Made by a program: the position numbers and the translations under genes. Shown in pieces: positions 1 to 9,208 of a stretch of DNA of 36,129 bases; position 1 is the stretch's first letter; the number at the start of each line of letters is the position of its first letter. A model generated the notes under the pieces. That model did no database searches. It was given only the letters and a program-made list of their open reading frames with translations, and was not told the DNA's origin. Where the stretch lies: NCBI GenBank assembly GCA_964507515.1, contig CAZDSB010000551.1, positions 1 to 36,129 of the forward strand, written 5' to 3'. Source of the stretch: an uncultured Myxococcaceae bacterium (lineage in GTDB: Bacteria; Myxococcota; Myxococcia; Myxococcales; Myxococcaceae).

Positions 1-78
1 GTCACCGTCGCCTTCTTCGTCGTCAGCCTCCTCTACGTTCGGGGCTGCGAAGCACTGCTGGAGAACCGTCAGCCATGA
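1..78 (+). CDS. 3' end of a small hydrophobic ORF (5' end outside window), unknown function
   Basis: Frame 1 is open from base 1 (..[25 protein letters not shown]) with mostly G/C third positions. TGA 76-78 overlaps the kdpF ATG (ATGA). No family recognised. Confidence 0.25.
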   Translation, partial: VTVAFFVVSLLYVRGCEALLENRQP

Positions 79-164
79 ACCTCGACGACATCCTCGGCAG
101 CGTCGTGGCGGTGCTGCTCACCGTCTATCTTGTCTACGCGCTGGTTCGCGCAGAACGCTTCTAG
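75..164 (+). CDS. kdpF: K+-transporting ATPase subunit F (KdpF), 29 aa
   Basis: ATG 75 to TAG 162-164 gives [29 protein letters not shown], a single TM helix with the YLVYAL..AE.F tail typical of KdpF. It lies 11 nt upstream of kdpA and is too short for the ORF track. Confidence 0.85.
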   Translation: MNLDDILGSVVAVLLTVYLVYALVRAERF

Positions 165-175
165 GGGAGATTCCC

Positions 176-1897
176 GTGACCCTCGCCGCCTGGGGCCAGC
201 TGGCCCTCTTCATCGCGCTCATTCTGCTCACCACAAAACCGCTCGGCGCCTTCATGTTCCGCGTCTTCGAAGGCGAACATCGTCCCTTGCCGCGGGTGTT
301 CGGGCCGGTGGAGCGCTTCCTCTTCCGGCTCTCGGGCGTCGATCCGAACGAGGAGCAGACCTGGGTCCGCTATGCCGGGTCGGTGATGATCTTCAGCCTC
401 TTCGGCGTCCTGGTGACGTACGCCATCCTCCGGCTGCAACACCTGCTCCCGTTCAATCCCCAGAAGTTTCCGGCGGTGGATCCGGCGCTGTCGTTCAACA
501 CCTCGGCCAGCTTCACCACCAACACCAACTGGCAGGCGTACACCGGCGAGTCGACGATGAGCTATCTGTCCCAGATGGCGGGACTGGCCTGGCACAACTT
601 CACCTCGGCCGCGGCGGGCATCGCAATCGCCATCGCCCTGGCGCGCGGCCTCACCCGACAGCGGCCGCCAGGATCCCCCCGGACCCTGGGCAACTTCTGG
701 GCGGACCTCATCCGGTGCACCGTCTACGTGCTCCTCCCCCTGAGCCTGGTCTTCGCCCTGGTCCTCTGCAGCCAGGGGGTGATCCAGAACCTTTCCGCGT
801 ACCGGGAGGTCACCACCGTCGAGGGCGCCAAGCAGCTGGTCGCTCTGGGGCCGGTGGCTTCGCAGGAAGCGATCAAGGAGCTGGGCACCAACGGCGGAGG
901 CTTCTTCAACGCCAACAGCGCCCATCCCTTCGAGAACCCGAGCCCCTTCACCAACCTGGTGGAGATCTGGCTCATCTTCTCCCTCGGCGCCGGCCTGACC
1001 TACACCTACGGACGGATGGCGCGGGATGCCCGCCAGGGATGGGCGATCTTCGCTGCGATGGGGTTGATGTTTCTCGGCGGAACCCTGGTCGCTCACTGGG
1101 CAGAGGCCAAGCCCAACCAGGCGCTGGCCTCGCTGGCGCTGAACCACGGCGCCGGAAACATGGAGGGCAAGGAGGTCCGCTTCGGGACCTCCGCCTCGGC
1201 GCTCTTCGCCACCATCACCACCGACGCCTCCTGCGGCGCGGTGAACTCGATGCACGACAGCTTCAACCCGTTGGGCGGACTGGTCCCGCTGGTGAACATC
1301 CAGCTCGGCGAGGTCATCTTCGGCGGGGTGGGCGCCGGCCTCTACGGGATGCTGGTGTTCGTCGTGCTCTCGGTGTTCATCGCCGGGCTGATGGTGGGGC
1401 GCACCCCCGAGTACCTGGGGAAGAAGATCGAAGGGCGGGAGATGAAGCTGGCGATGCTCTACGTGCTCATCTTCCCGCTGATCATCCTCGGGTTCACCGC
1501 CTGGGCATCGGTCACCCAGTGGGGCACGTCCTCGCTGAACAACGCCGGGCCGCACGGGCTGAGCGAGATGCTCTACGCGTTCAGCAGCGGAGCGGGGAAC
1601 AACGGCTCGGCCTTCGCCGGCCTCAACGCCAACACCCGCTTCTGGAACCTCTCGCTCGGCGCCGACATGCTGATCGGCCGATTCTTGATGATCATCCCGG
1701 CGCTGGGCATCGCCGGGGCCATGGTGGGCAAGAAGGTCGTCCCGCCCAGCCTGGGGACCTTCCCCACGAACGGGCCGCTCTTCACCTTCCTCCTCGTCTC
1801 GGTGGTCCTGATCGTCGGCGCGCTGACCTTCTTCCCGGCCCTCTCTCTGGGACCGATCGTCGAGCACTTCGCCGGCCTCGCCGGAAAGGTCTACTAG
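176..1897 (+). CDS. kdpA: K+-transporting ATPase subunit A (KdpA)
   Basis: 573-aa polytopic membrane protein with a GTG start preceded by GGGGAGA. KdpA-like blocks are present ([25 protein letters not shown]). It sits between kdpF and kdpB. Confidence 0.95.
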   Translation: MTLAAWGQLALFIALILLTTKPLGAFMFRVFEGEHRPLPRVFGPVERFLFRLSGVDPNEEQTWVRYAGSVMIFSLFGVLVTYAILRLQHLLPFNPQKFPAVDPALSFNTSASFTTNTNWQAYTGESTMSYLSQMAGLAWHNFTSAAAGIAIAIALARGLTRQRPPGSPRTLGNFWADLIRCTVYVLLPLSLVFALVLCSQGVIQNLSAYREVTTVEGAKQLVALGPVASQEAIKELGTNGGGFFNANSAHPFENPSPFTNLVEIWLIFSLGAGLTYTYGRMARDARQGWAIFAAMGLMFLGGTLVAHWAEAKPNQALASLALNHGAGNMEGKEVRFGTSASALFATITTDASCGAVNSMHDSFNPLGGLVPLVNIQLGEVIFGGVGAGLYGMLVFVVLSVFIAGLMVGRTPEYLGKKIEGREMKLAMLYVLIFPLIILGFTAWASVTQWGTSSLNNAGPHGLSEMLYAFSSGAGNNGSAFAGLNANTRFWNLSLGADMLIGRFLMIIPALGIAGAMVGKKVVPPSLGTFPTNGPLFTFLLVSVVLIVGALTFFPALSLGPIVEHFAGLAGKVY

Positions 1898-1899
1898 TC

Positions 1900-3945
1900 A
1901 TGGCTGCCAACACTCGAGAGCTGTCGCTCTTCGACCCCGCCATCGTCCGCCCGGCGATCTGGAACAGCTTCCGGAAGCTTTCCCCGCGAGAGGTGATCCG
2001 GAACCCGGTGATGTTCGTGGTCGAGGTGGGTGCGCTGCTCACCACCATCGAGTTCTTCCGGGACATCGCGAACCCGCAGCGGCCGACGCCGCTCTGGTTC
2101 ACCGGGCTGGTGTCGCTGTGGCTGTGGATCACCGTGGTGTTCGCCAACTTCGCCGAGGCGGTGGCCGAGGGCCGAGGCAAGGCCCAGGCGGCCTCGCTCC
2201 GGAAGATGCGCAAGGAGGTGGATGCCCGGAAGCTCGTCGGCGCCCGGGAGGAGAAGGTCCCCGCCTCCGCCCTGCGCAAGGGTGACACGGTGGTGGTCGA
2301 GGCGGGCCAGTACATCCCCGGTGACGGCGAGGTGGTCGAGGGCGTCGCCTCGGTGGATGAGAGCGCGATCACCGGCGAGTCCGCCCCGGTCATCCGGGAG
2401 AGCGGTGGAGACCGGAGCGCGGTCACCGGAGGTACCCGCGTTCTCTCGGACCGCATCGTGGTCCGGATCACCGCCAACCCCGGCGAGTCGTTCCTCGATC
2501 GGATGATCTCCCTGGTCGAGGGCGCCGCCCGGCAGAGGACTCCCAACGAGATCGCCCTCCACATCCTGCTGGTGGGCCTGACCGCGGTGTTCCTCTTCGC
2601 CTGCGTCAGCCTCGTTCCCATGGCGATCTACAGCGGGGTCCACCTCTCGACCGCCGCGGTGGTGGCCCTCCTGGTCTGTCTCATCCCCACCACCATCGGT
2701 GGGCTGCTCTCCGCCATCGGCATCGCCGGCATGGACCGGCTGCTCCGGAAGAACGTCATCGCCATGAGCGGCCGGGCGGTGGAGGCGGCCGGAGACGTGG
2801 ACACCCTGCTCCTCGACAAGACCGGCACCATCACCCTCGGCAACCGCATGGCCACCGAGTTCCTCCCCCTCGCCGGAGTGCGAATCGAGGATCTGGCAGA
2901 CGCGGCGCAGCTCAGCAGCCTCGCCGACGAGACCCCCGAGGGACGGAGCATCGTCGTCCTCGCCAAGGAGCGCTACAATCTTCGGGGCCGCGAGGTGGGG
3001 CAGCTGGACGCGCACTTCGTACCCTTCAGCGCCCAGACCCGGATGAGCGGGGTGGATCTCGCCCACCGGATCATCCGGAAGGGCGCGGTCGATGCCGTCG
3101 CCCGTCACGTCGAGTCGCTCGGGGGGAAGGTCCCCGCCGAGGCGGAGCAGATCGCCACGCGCATCGGGGATTCCGGCGGCACACCGCTGGCCGTCTCCGA
3201 GGGAGCGCGGGTGCTGGGCATCATCCACCTCAAGGACGTGGTGAAGGGCGGGATCAAGGAGCGGTTCGATCGCTTCCGGGCGATGGGCATCCGCACGGTG
3301 ATGATCACCGGCGACAACCCGCGGACCGCCGCGGCCATCGCCCGGGAGGCCGGAGTCGACGACTTCCTGGCCGAGGCCACCCCGGAGGCGAAGATGCGGC
3401 TCATCCGGGAGGAGCAGGCCAAGGGGAAGCTGGTCGCCATGACCGGAGACGGAACCAACGACGCTCCTGCGCTGGCCCAGGCAGATGTGGGTGTGGCGAT
3501 GAACACGGGGACCCAGGCCGCCAAGGAGGCCGGGAACATGGTGGACCTCGACTCCAACCCCACCAAGCTGCTCGAGGTGGTGGAGGTCGGGAAGCAGCTG
3601 CTGATGACCCGCGGGACGCTGACCACCTTCAGCATCGCCAACGACGTGGCCAAGTACTTCGCGATCCTGCCCGCGATGTTCGTCGGGGTGTATCCGGAGA
3701 TCGCGCCTCTCAACGTGATGCGGTTGGCGTCGCCCTACTCGGCGGTGCTCTCCGCGGTCATCTTCAACGCGCTGATCATCGTTGCCCTCATCCCGCTCGC
3801 CCTCCGCGGGGTGCGATACCGCCCGGTAGGGGCGGGCGCCCTGCTCCAGCGCAGCCTGTTGATCTACGGGGTGGGTGGGATCATCGTCCCCTTCGTGGGC
3901 ATCAAGCTGGTCGACCTGGTGGTCGCCGCGCTCGGTCTGGTCTGA
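1900..3945 (+). CDS. kdpB: K+-transporting P-type ATPase subunit B (KdpB)
   Basis: ATG at 1900 lies 2 nt after the kdpA TAG (1895-1897) and is in frame with track ORF 130..3945. P-type ATPase motifs: [38 protein letters not shown]. The 130-1899 extension of the track ORF is open-frame read-through across kdpA. Confidence 0.95.
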   Translation: MAANTRELSLFDPAIVRPAIWNSFRKLSPREVIRNPVMFVVEVGALLTTIEFFRDIANPQRPTPLWFTGLVSLWLWITVVFANFAEAVAEGRGKAQAASLRKMRKEVDARKLVGAREEKVPASALRKGDTVVVEAGQYIPGDGEVVEGVASVDESAITGESAPVIRESGGDRSAVTGGTRVLSDRIVVRITANPGESFLDRMISLVEGAARQRTPNEIALHILLVGLTAVFLFACVSLVPMAIYSGVHLSTAAVVALLVCLIPTTIGGLLSAIGIAGMDRLLRKNVIAMSGRAVEAAGDVDTLLLDKTGTITLGNRMATEFLPLAGVRIEDLADAAQLSSLADETPEGRSIVVLAKERYNLRGREVGQLDAHFVPFSAQTRMSGVDLAHRIIRKGAVDAVARHVESLGGKVPAEAEQIATRIGDSGGTPLAVSEGARVLGIIHLKDVVKGGIKERFDRFRAMGIRTVMITGDNPRTAAAIAREAGVDDFLAEATPEAKMRLIREEQAKGKLVAMTGDGTNDAPALAQADVGVAMNTGTQAAKEAGNMVDLDSNPTKLLEVVEVGKQLLMTRGTLTTFSIANDVAKYFAILPAMFVGVYPEIAPLNVMRLASPYSAVLSAVIFNALIIVALIPLALRGVRYRPVGAGALLQRSLLIYGVGGIIVPFVGIKLVDLVVAALGLV

Positions 3946-3953
3946 GGCTCGTC

Positions 3954-4568
3954 ATGCGCAAGGAATTGATCATCGCTCTCCGCGTCACCGCAGTGACCCT
4001 CGTGCTCACTGGCCTGGTCTATCCGCTGGTCACCACCGGACTCGCGCAGGTCCTCTTCCCGTACCGGGCCAACGGCAGCTTCCTCGAGAACGCGTCCGGC
4101 GAGGTGGTGGGCTCGGAGCTCCTCGGTCAGGGCTTCTCGGCCCCCGGCTACTTCCACCCTCGCCCGTCGGGCGCGGGCAAGGACGGTTGGGATCCCACCA
4201 GCTCCGGAGGGACCAACCTCGGGGCCACCAGCAAGAAGCTCCGTGATTCCGCGACGGACGCGTTGCAGAAGCTCCAGGCCGAGAATCCGGGCGCCGCGGG
4301 CCCGCCACCGGTGGAGCTGGTGACCTCGTCGGGGAGCGGGCTCGATCCCCACCTGTCGCCGGCCGGTGCACTGTGGCAGGTTCCCCGCGTGGCGCAGGCA
4401 CGGCACGTGGCCGAGGACCGGGTTCGGGCGCTGGTGGAGTCGCAGATCGAGCGGCGGGACCTGTTCGTTCTCGGGGAGCCCCGGGTGAACGTCCTGGTCC
4501 TGAACGTCGCTCTGGACCGTCAATTCGGCGCGCTCGAACGAGGACCCTCGGCCACGCGGTCCCAATGA
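3954..4568 (+). CDS. kdpC: K+-transporting ATPase subunit C (KdpC)
   Basis: 204 aa with an N-terminal TM helix (IIALRVTAVTLVLTGLVYPLV) and a KdpC signature (SSGSGLDPHLSPAGA). Starts 8 nt after the kdpB stop. Confidence 0.9.
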   Translation: MRKELIIALRVTAVTLVLTGLVYPLVTTGLAQVLFPYRANGSFLENASGEVVGSELLGQGFSAPGYFHPRPSGAGKDGWDPTSSGGTNLGATSKKLRDSATDALQKLQAENPGAAGPPPVELVTSSGSGLDPHLSPAGALWQVPRVAQARHVAEDRVRALVESQIERRDLFVLGEPRVNVLVLNVALDRQFGALERGPSATRSQ

Positions 4569-5728
4569 CCGAGCTCGCCGACCGGCCCGAGCGCCGGGCG
4601 GAGGAGTTCCTCGCCCTGGTTCGCCAGGGCAAGCGGGGCCGTCTCAAGCTCTACATCGGGTTCGCCGCCGGAGTCGGCAAGACCTACCGGATGCTCGAGG
4701 AGGCTCACGCGCTCCGCGAGCGCGGGGTGGACGTCGTCATCGGCTTCGTGGAGTCCCACGGCCGCGCAGAGACCGCCGCGCTGGTGGAGGGCCTCGAGGT
4801 GGTGCCCCGCCGGGCCATCGAGTACCGCGGGGTGACGGTCGAGGAGATGGACCTCGATGGCGTTCTCGCCCGGAAGCCCGAGGTGGCGGTGGTCGACGAG
4901 CTGGCACACACCAACGCGCCCGGGAGCAAGAACCGGAAGCGCTGGCAGGACGTGGAGGAGCTCATCGGCGCTGGCATCAACGTCATCGGCGCGTTCAACG
5001 TACAGCACCTGGAGTCGCTGAACGACCTCGTCGCCCGGGCGACCGGGGTGCGGGTGCGCGAGACCATTCCCGATGCGTGGCTGAAGACCGCCGACCAGGT
5101 GGTGAACCTCGATCTCGCGGTCGAGGATCTGGAAGAACGTCTCCGGGCAGGGAAGATCTACGCCAGCGAGAAGATCCCGCAGGCTCTGGAGAGGTTCTTC
5201 CAGCGAGGCAACCTCGCCACCCTCCGGGAGCTCGCGCTCCGCGAGGTGGCCGAGTCGCTGGAGCGGGACACCTTGCGCCGGGAGACCACCCCCGAGACGA
5301 CGCGATCCACCGGGGGAACCGGCTCCCGGGTGATGGTCTGCATGTCCTCGTATCCGCCGCGTGCGGCGGAGCTGCTCCGGCGCGGATCGCGGGTCGCGGG
5401 CCGTCTGAACACCGACTGGTTCGTGGTCTACGTGGAGACCCCGGAGGAGGCCCCCGACCGCATCGACTCCGAGGCGCAGCGGCACCTGCTGGAGAACATC
5501 GAGCGCGCCAGGGCCCTCGGTGCGGAGGTGGTCCGCCTCCGTGCGGCCGATCCGGTCCCGGCGCTGATTGACTTCGCGCGGAGCCACAACGTGGGACTGC
5601 TCCTCATCGGCCGCTCCCACCAGTTGGGGTTGCGTCGCCTCCTGGGGAGGAGGGTGGACCTCCGCCTCGTTCGCGAGGCCGAGGATCTCGATGTCCAGGT
5701 GGTGGCGCTGGGAGATGCGCGGGAATGA
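4565..5728 (+). CDS. kdpD: Stand-alone KdpD N-terminal sensor module (KdpD domain + Usp-like domain), with no TM or kinase part
   Basis: ATG 4565 overlaps the kdpC stop (ATGA). MTELADRPERRAEEFLALVRQGKRGRLKLYIGFAAGVGKTYRMLEEAH matches the KdpD N-terminal P-loop-like region. It is followed by a Usp-like segment (RVMVCMSSYP..WFVVYVETPEE..LLLIGRS). The protein ends at 5728 without a HisKA/HATPase domain. Confidence 0.85.
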   Translation: MTELADRPERRAEEFLALVRQGKRGRLKLYIGFAAGVGKTYRMLEEAHALRERGVDVVIGFVESHGRAETAALVEGLEVVPRRAIEYRGVTVEEMDLDGVLARKPEVAVVDELAHTNAPGSKNRKRWQDVEELIGAGINVIGAFNVQHLESLNDLVARATGVRVRETIPDAWLKTADQVVNLDLAVEDLEERLRAGKIYASEKIPQALERFFQRGNLATLRELALREVAESLERDTLRRETTPETTRSTGGTGSRVMVCMSSYPPRAAELLRRGSRVAGRLNTDWFVVYVETPEEAPDRIDSEAQRHLLENIERARALGAEVVRLRAADPVPALIDFARSHNVGLLLIGRSHQLGLRRLLGRRVDLRLVREAEDLDVQVVALGDARE

Positions 5729-7584
5729 CGCTCCGCTCCCGCCTGATCCTCGCGCAGTCACCGCTGGCGGTGGCGCTGGCAGTGGTCGCGGTGTTCTCGG
5801 TGGTCACCACCCACCAGCTTGGCCGAGCCGGCGAGCGGATTCTCTCGGACAATTACCGCAGTGTGCTCGCTGCACAGCGGATGAAGGAGTCCATCGAGCG
5901 GCTGGACAGTGGCGCGCTGTTCGTGGTCATCGGCGAGCAGGAGCGTGGACTGGCCCTCGCCCGCGAGCACCGCCCGGCGTTCCGGCACGAGCTGGAGGTC
6001 GAGGAACGGAACATCACCGAGCCGGGCGAGGCGGAAGCTGCCGGCAGGCTCCGAGCGGCGTGGACCCGGTACCAGGCCGATTACGATGCGTTCCTCGTGG
6101 TGACTCCGGACGAGCAGCGGGAGCACTACCTCCGCCTGCTTCAACCCGACTTCATCGCGGTGAAGGCAGCCGCCGACGAGATCCTGGCCATGAACCAGGA
6201 CGCGATGGTGCTGAAGAGCACCCGGGTCCGTCGGGACAGCGAGTTCGCGGAGACGGCTGTCGTGGTCGGCGTGCTGGCGGCACTGGTGCTCGGGCTCCTC
6301 GCCTCGGCCGCGCTCACCACGCGCGTGGTGCGGCCCGTCGCGGTGCTCGGCCAGGCGGTGCGCCGCCTGGGGCAGGGCGACTACGCCGTCCGGGCGCGTG
6401 TCCCGGAGGGCGGCGGCGCGGAGATTGCCCAGCTGGCGACGGACTTCAATGCCATGGCCGAGAGCCTCGAGCGCTACCGCGAATCGAGCCTGGGCGAGCT
6501 GCTCGAGGCCCAGCTGGCCTCCCAGGCGACGATCGACAGCCTTCCCGACCCGGTGCTGGTGTTCGACGCCGCCGGTAAGCTGGTCAACGCCAACCGTGCG
6601 GCGGAGCAGCTGCTCAACGTCCGGGGATCGGATGCGAGCCTCTCGGCCGCCCCGCCGGCAGTCCGCGAGCGGGTCCATCGCATTCGGGACGAGGTGCTGG
6701 CCGGCGCCCCCTCGGTCCAGCCGCGGGGGTTCGAGGACGCGCTTGTGGTGGAGGCGGCGGACGGAAATCGCGCACTGCTCCCCCGCGCCAATCCCGTGTC
6801 GAGCGACGAGGGGCAGCTCCTGGGTGCCACGGTCCTGCTCCAGGACATCACCCGCGTCCGGCGCTTCGACGAGCTGAAGGACGACCTCGTGGCCACCGTC
6901 GCTCACGAGTTCCGGACGCCGTTGACCAGCCTGCGCATGGCCATCCATCTGCTGGCGGAGCAGACGGTGGGTCCGCTCGAGGATCGCCAGCTGGACCTGG
7001 TGGTCGCGGCCCGCGAGGAGTGCGAGCGGCTCCAGGGCATCGTGGACGACCTCCTCGACCTCGCCCGCATCCGCTCGGGCCGGCTCGAGCTGCATCCTCG
7101 TCAGATCCAGACCGAGCTCATGCTGGAACAGGCCCGTCAGGCCGCACGCGACGGGAGCGAGCAGCGCCATGTCCCGGTGGAACTCGAGGTCCAGCCCGGG
7201 GCAGAGGTGGTGACGGCCGATCCCGATCGCATCGATCTCGCGCTGAGCAATCTCCTCGCGAACGCCATCCGGTACGGACCGCCTGGCCGTCCGGTCCGGG
7301 TTCGCGCGCTGCGGACCGACGGAGCCGTGCGCATCGAGGTCAGCGACGACGGCCCCGGAATCGCCGCCGAGTACCAGCCGCGGCTCTTCGAGAAGTTCTA
7401 TCGAGTCCCCGGCTCCGCTCCCGGGGGGGCCGGGCTCGGCCTCTCGATCGTGCGGGACGTCGTGGAGGCGCACGGGGGGAAGGTCGGGGTGCAGAGCCAG
7501 CTGGGCAAGGGGGCCGTCTTCTGGATCGAGCTCCCGGATGCGATCCCCGGCGCCTCGCTTCCCGTGCCGCCCGGAGCCGCCTGA
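5725..7584 (+). CDS. Membrane sensor histidine kinase (2 TM + periplasmic helical domain, HAMP, PAS, HisKA, HATPase_c)
   Basis: ATG 5725 overlaps the upstream stop (ATGA). Two TM segments flank a ~150-aa helical domain. HAMP-like region: RPVAVLGQAVRRLGQGDY..LATDFNAMAESL. H-box: HEFRTPLTSL. N/G boxes: LSNLLANAIRYG, DDGPGI, GGAGLGLSIV. Confidence 0.85.
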   Translation: MTLRSRLILAQSPLAVALAVVAVFSVVTTHQLGRAGERILSDNYRSVLAAQRMKESIERLDSGALFVVIGEQERGLALAREHRPAFRHELEVEERNITEPGEAEAAGRLRAAWTRYQADYDAFLVVTPDEQREHYLRLLQPDFIAVKAAADEILAMNQDAMVLKSTRVRRDSEFAETAVVVGVLAALVLGLLASAALTTRVVRPVAVLGQAVRRLGQGDYAVRARVPEGGGAEIAQLATDFNAMAESLERYRESSLGELLEAQLASQATIDSLPDPVLVFDAAGKLVNANRAAEQLLNVRGSDASLSAAPPAVRERVHRIRDEVLAGAPSVQPRGFEDALVVEAADGNRALLPRANPVSSDEGQLLGATVLLQDITRVRRFDELKDDLVATVAHEFRTPLTSLRMAIHLLAEQTVGPLEDRQLDLVVAAREECERLQGIVDDLLDLARIRSGRLELHPRQIQTELMLEQARQAARDGSEQRHVPVELEVQPGAEVVTADPDRIDLALSNLLANAIRYGPPGRPVRVRALRTDGAVRIEVSDDGPGIAAEYQPRLFEKFYRVPGSAPGGAGLGLSIVRDVVEAHGGKVGVQSQLGKGAVFWIELPDAIPGASLPVPPGAA

Positions 7585-7600
7585 AGCCGGCGTCGCGGTC

Positions 7601-8980
7601 TCAGCCACCCCCCTCGAACTTCTTTCGCTTCCTCCACAGCGTCGAGGCGTCGATGCCGAGCACGTGCGCCGCCTCGTCCAGCGTGGGTGCGCCGGCCATC
7701 ACCCGGAGCATGTGCTCGCGCTCGATCTGGTCCAGGGTGAAGGGGCCGCCGAGCACTGGCGCGGTGCCCTGTGTCGCCGCGATCCGCTCGGGGAACGCAG
7801 CCGGAGGGAGCGTGTCCGCCGGCCAGACGATGGCCGCGCGCTCCACCGCGTTCCTCAGCTCGCGCACGTTTCCCGGCCACGGGTAGGACTCGAGGACAGG
7901 GAACGTCTCCACCGCGAAGTCCAGCCCCGGGCGGTGGAGCGAGGACGCGAAGAAGCGCAGCATCCGCTGGGCCATGGGGAGGATGTCCTCCCGCCGCTCG
8001 CGCAGGGTCGGGACGCGAATCTCCACCACGTTCAGCCGGTACAGGAGATCTTCCCGGAACCGTCCCGACTGCACGTCCGCCTCGAGCTCGCGGTTCGTGG
8101 CGGAGACGATGCGGACGTCCGCGTGCCGGGTCCGGGTCTCGCCCACGCGCTCGAAGGCCTTCTCCTGGAGGAAGCGGAGCAGCTGGGCCTGGGTGGCGGG
8201 CCCGAGCTCGCCGATCTCGTCGAGGAAGAGGGTACCGCCCTCCGCGGCCTCGACCTTCCCCGGGGCGTCGCGCACCGCGCCCGTGAACGACCCCCGGGCG
8301 TGCCCGAAGAGCTCGGACACCAGGAGCTGGTCGGAGAGGGTGGGCGCGCTCACGGTGATGAATGGCTTCTCGGCCCGGGACGACAGGCGGTGCAGCGCCC
8401 GGGCAAGCACGCTCTTGCCGGTCCCGTTCTCTCCCCGGAGCAGCACGGCCGCGTTTGAGGCAGCGGCGCGCCGGAGCACTGAGAGGGCGGCATGCATCGC
8501 GGCGGACCGGGTCTCGAGGAGCGCGCCGGGATCCACGCCCGCCAGCCGGTCCTCCAGTGACTCCACACGCGCGCGGAGCTGGCGGCGCTCCCTCAGGCGC
8601 TCGACAACGGCGCGGATCTGCGCCGGGGTGAAGGGTTTCGGGACGTAGTCCCGCGCGCCGCGCCGCACCGCCTCCATCGCGGTGTCGATGGATGCGTACG
8701 CGGTGATGACCACGACGTCGAGGTCGGAGTCCTCGGCAAGGAGCGCGGGAACCAGATCGAGTCCGCTCCCGGTGCCCAGTCTCAGATCCACGAAGGCGAT
8801 ATCCACCGGCCCCGAGGCCAGCGCCGCGAGCGCCGCCTCCGCCGAGCCCGCCTCGCGCACCTCGCATCCGGCCTGCTCGAGACACACCCGGATCGTCGAG
8901 CGGATGTTCCGCTCGTCGTCCACCACGAGGACCCGGTCGGGCGCCGGGTGCGCACTGGCCTCCGGGGCCGGCGTGTCCAT
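7601..8980 (-). CDS. NtrC-family sigma-54-dependent response regulator (REC + AAA+ + Fis-type HTH)
   Basis: REC domain (RVLVVDDERNIR, FVDLRLG). AAA+ activator core: Walker A GENGTGKS, GSFTGA loop (GAFTGA variant), LFLDEIGEL. C-terminal HTH: LDEAAHVLGIDASTLWRKRKKF. Start taken at ATG 8980 (MDTPAPE..); the track start at 9022 is the alternative. Confidence 0.9.
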   Translation of the reverse strand: MDTPAPEASAHPAPDRVLVVDDERNIRSTIRVCLEQAGCEVREAGSAEAALAALASGPVDIAFVDLRLGTGSGLDLVPALLAEDSDLDVVVITAYASIDTAMEAVRRGARDYVPKPFTPAQIRAVVERLRERRQLRARVESLEDRLAGVDPGALLETRSAAMHAALSVLRRAAASNAAVLLRGENGTGKSVLARALHRLSSRAEKPFITVSAPTLSDQLLVSELFGHARGSFTGAVRDAPGKVEAAEGGTLFLDEIGELGPATQAQLLRFLQEKAFERVGETRTRHADVRIVSATNRELEADVQSGRFREDLLYRLNVVEIRVPTLRERREDILPMAQRMLRFFASSLHRPGLDFAVETFPVLESYPWPGNVRELRNAVERAAIVWPADTLPPAAFPERIAATQGTAPVLGGPFTLDQIEREHMLRVMAGAPTLDEAAHVLGIDASTLWRKRKKFEGGG

Positions 8981-9035
8981 TCCCGGGGAACGAGGTAACA
9001 CCGAGTACACCACGAGCGCCATCGCCGCCGGTGGT

Positions 9036-9191
9036 TCAACTGGTGCCGGCGCTGGGCGCGCTGGCCGGCTGCACCACCTGCGTCTCGGAGGTCGGCGTGA
9101 GCACCACCCGCGCCTGCTGCGCCGCCTCCTGCATCGAGCTCGCGAACTGCAGCTTTCCGGGGTTCGTGCCGAGCCCGGCGCGCTCCAGCAC
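9036..9191 (-). CDS. Possible 51-aa small ORF (or a frameshifted C-terminal tail of the upstream Big_2 gene)
   Basis: GTG 9191 to TGA 9036-9038 gives VLERAGLGTNPGKLQFASSMQEAAQQARVVLTPTSETQVVQPASAPSAGTS. By hand count 49 of 51 codons end in G/C, with balanced composition. It is not in the ORF track and has only a weak SD. The antisense frame sharing the wobble position is also open, so this is ambiguous. Confidence 0.25.
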   Translation of the reverse strand: MLERAGLGTNPGKLQFASSMQEAAQQARVVLTPTSETQVVQPASAPSAGTS

Positions 9192-9208
9192 CCGCTCAGG
9201 CTGCGGCT

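Noticed and set aside
161-3228. Long minus-strand ORFs antisense to kdpA/kdpB (161..1867, 1894..3228 and others)
   Set aside because: Their composition is dominated by Arg/Gly/Asp/Glu/His runs with no motifs, and they mirror genes with unambiguous Kdp motifs. These are antisense shadows caused by extreme wobble GC.
130-3945. A single 1271-aa ORF spanning kdpA and kdpB in the track
   Set aside because: Only the part from ATG 1900 onward ([13 protein letters not shown]..) is KdpB-like. The upstream 590 codons are Arg/Pro/Gly-rich read-through in an alternative frame of kdpA, a typical high-GC open-frame artefact.
4373-4564. Upstream extensions of track ORFs used as starts (4373 for kdpD-N, 14609 for SGNH, 26481 for UDG, 28613 for FadL, 29841 for thrS, 20629 for the glycosidase, 21492 for FKBP, 12331 for Big_2)
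   Set aside because: In each case the extension is low-complexity Arg/Pro/Gly/Ser sequence overlapping a neighbouring gene. An internal in-frame start yields a proper N-terminus (signal peptide, lipobox, conserved family N-terminus) and/or stop-start coupling.
5758-8885. 616-aa and 495-aa minus-strand ORFs, and plus-strand ORFs overlapping the histidine kinase and NtrC-type genes
   Set aside because: No recognisable domains and low-complexity Arg/Pro/Gly composition. The opposite or alternative frames carry clear HisKA/HATPase and AAA+ motifs.
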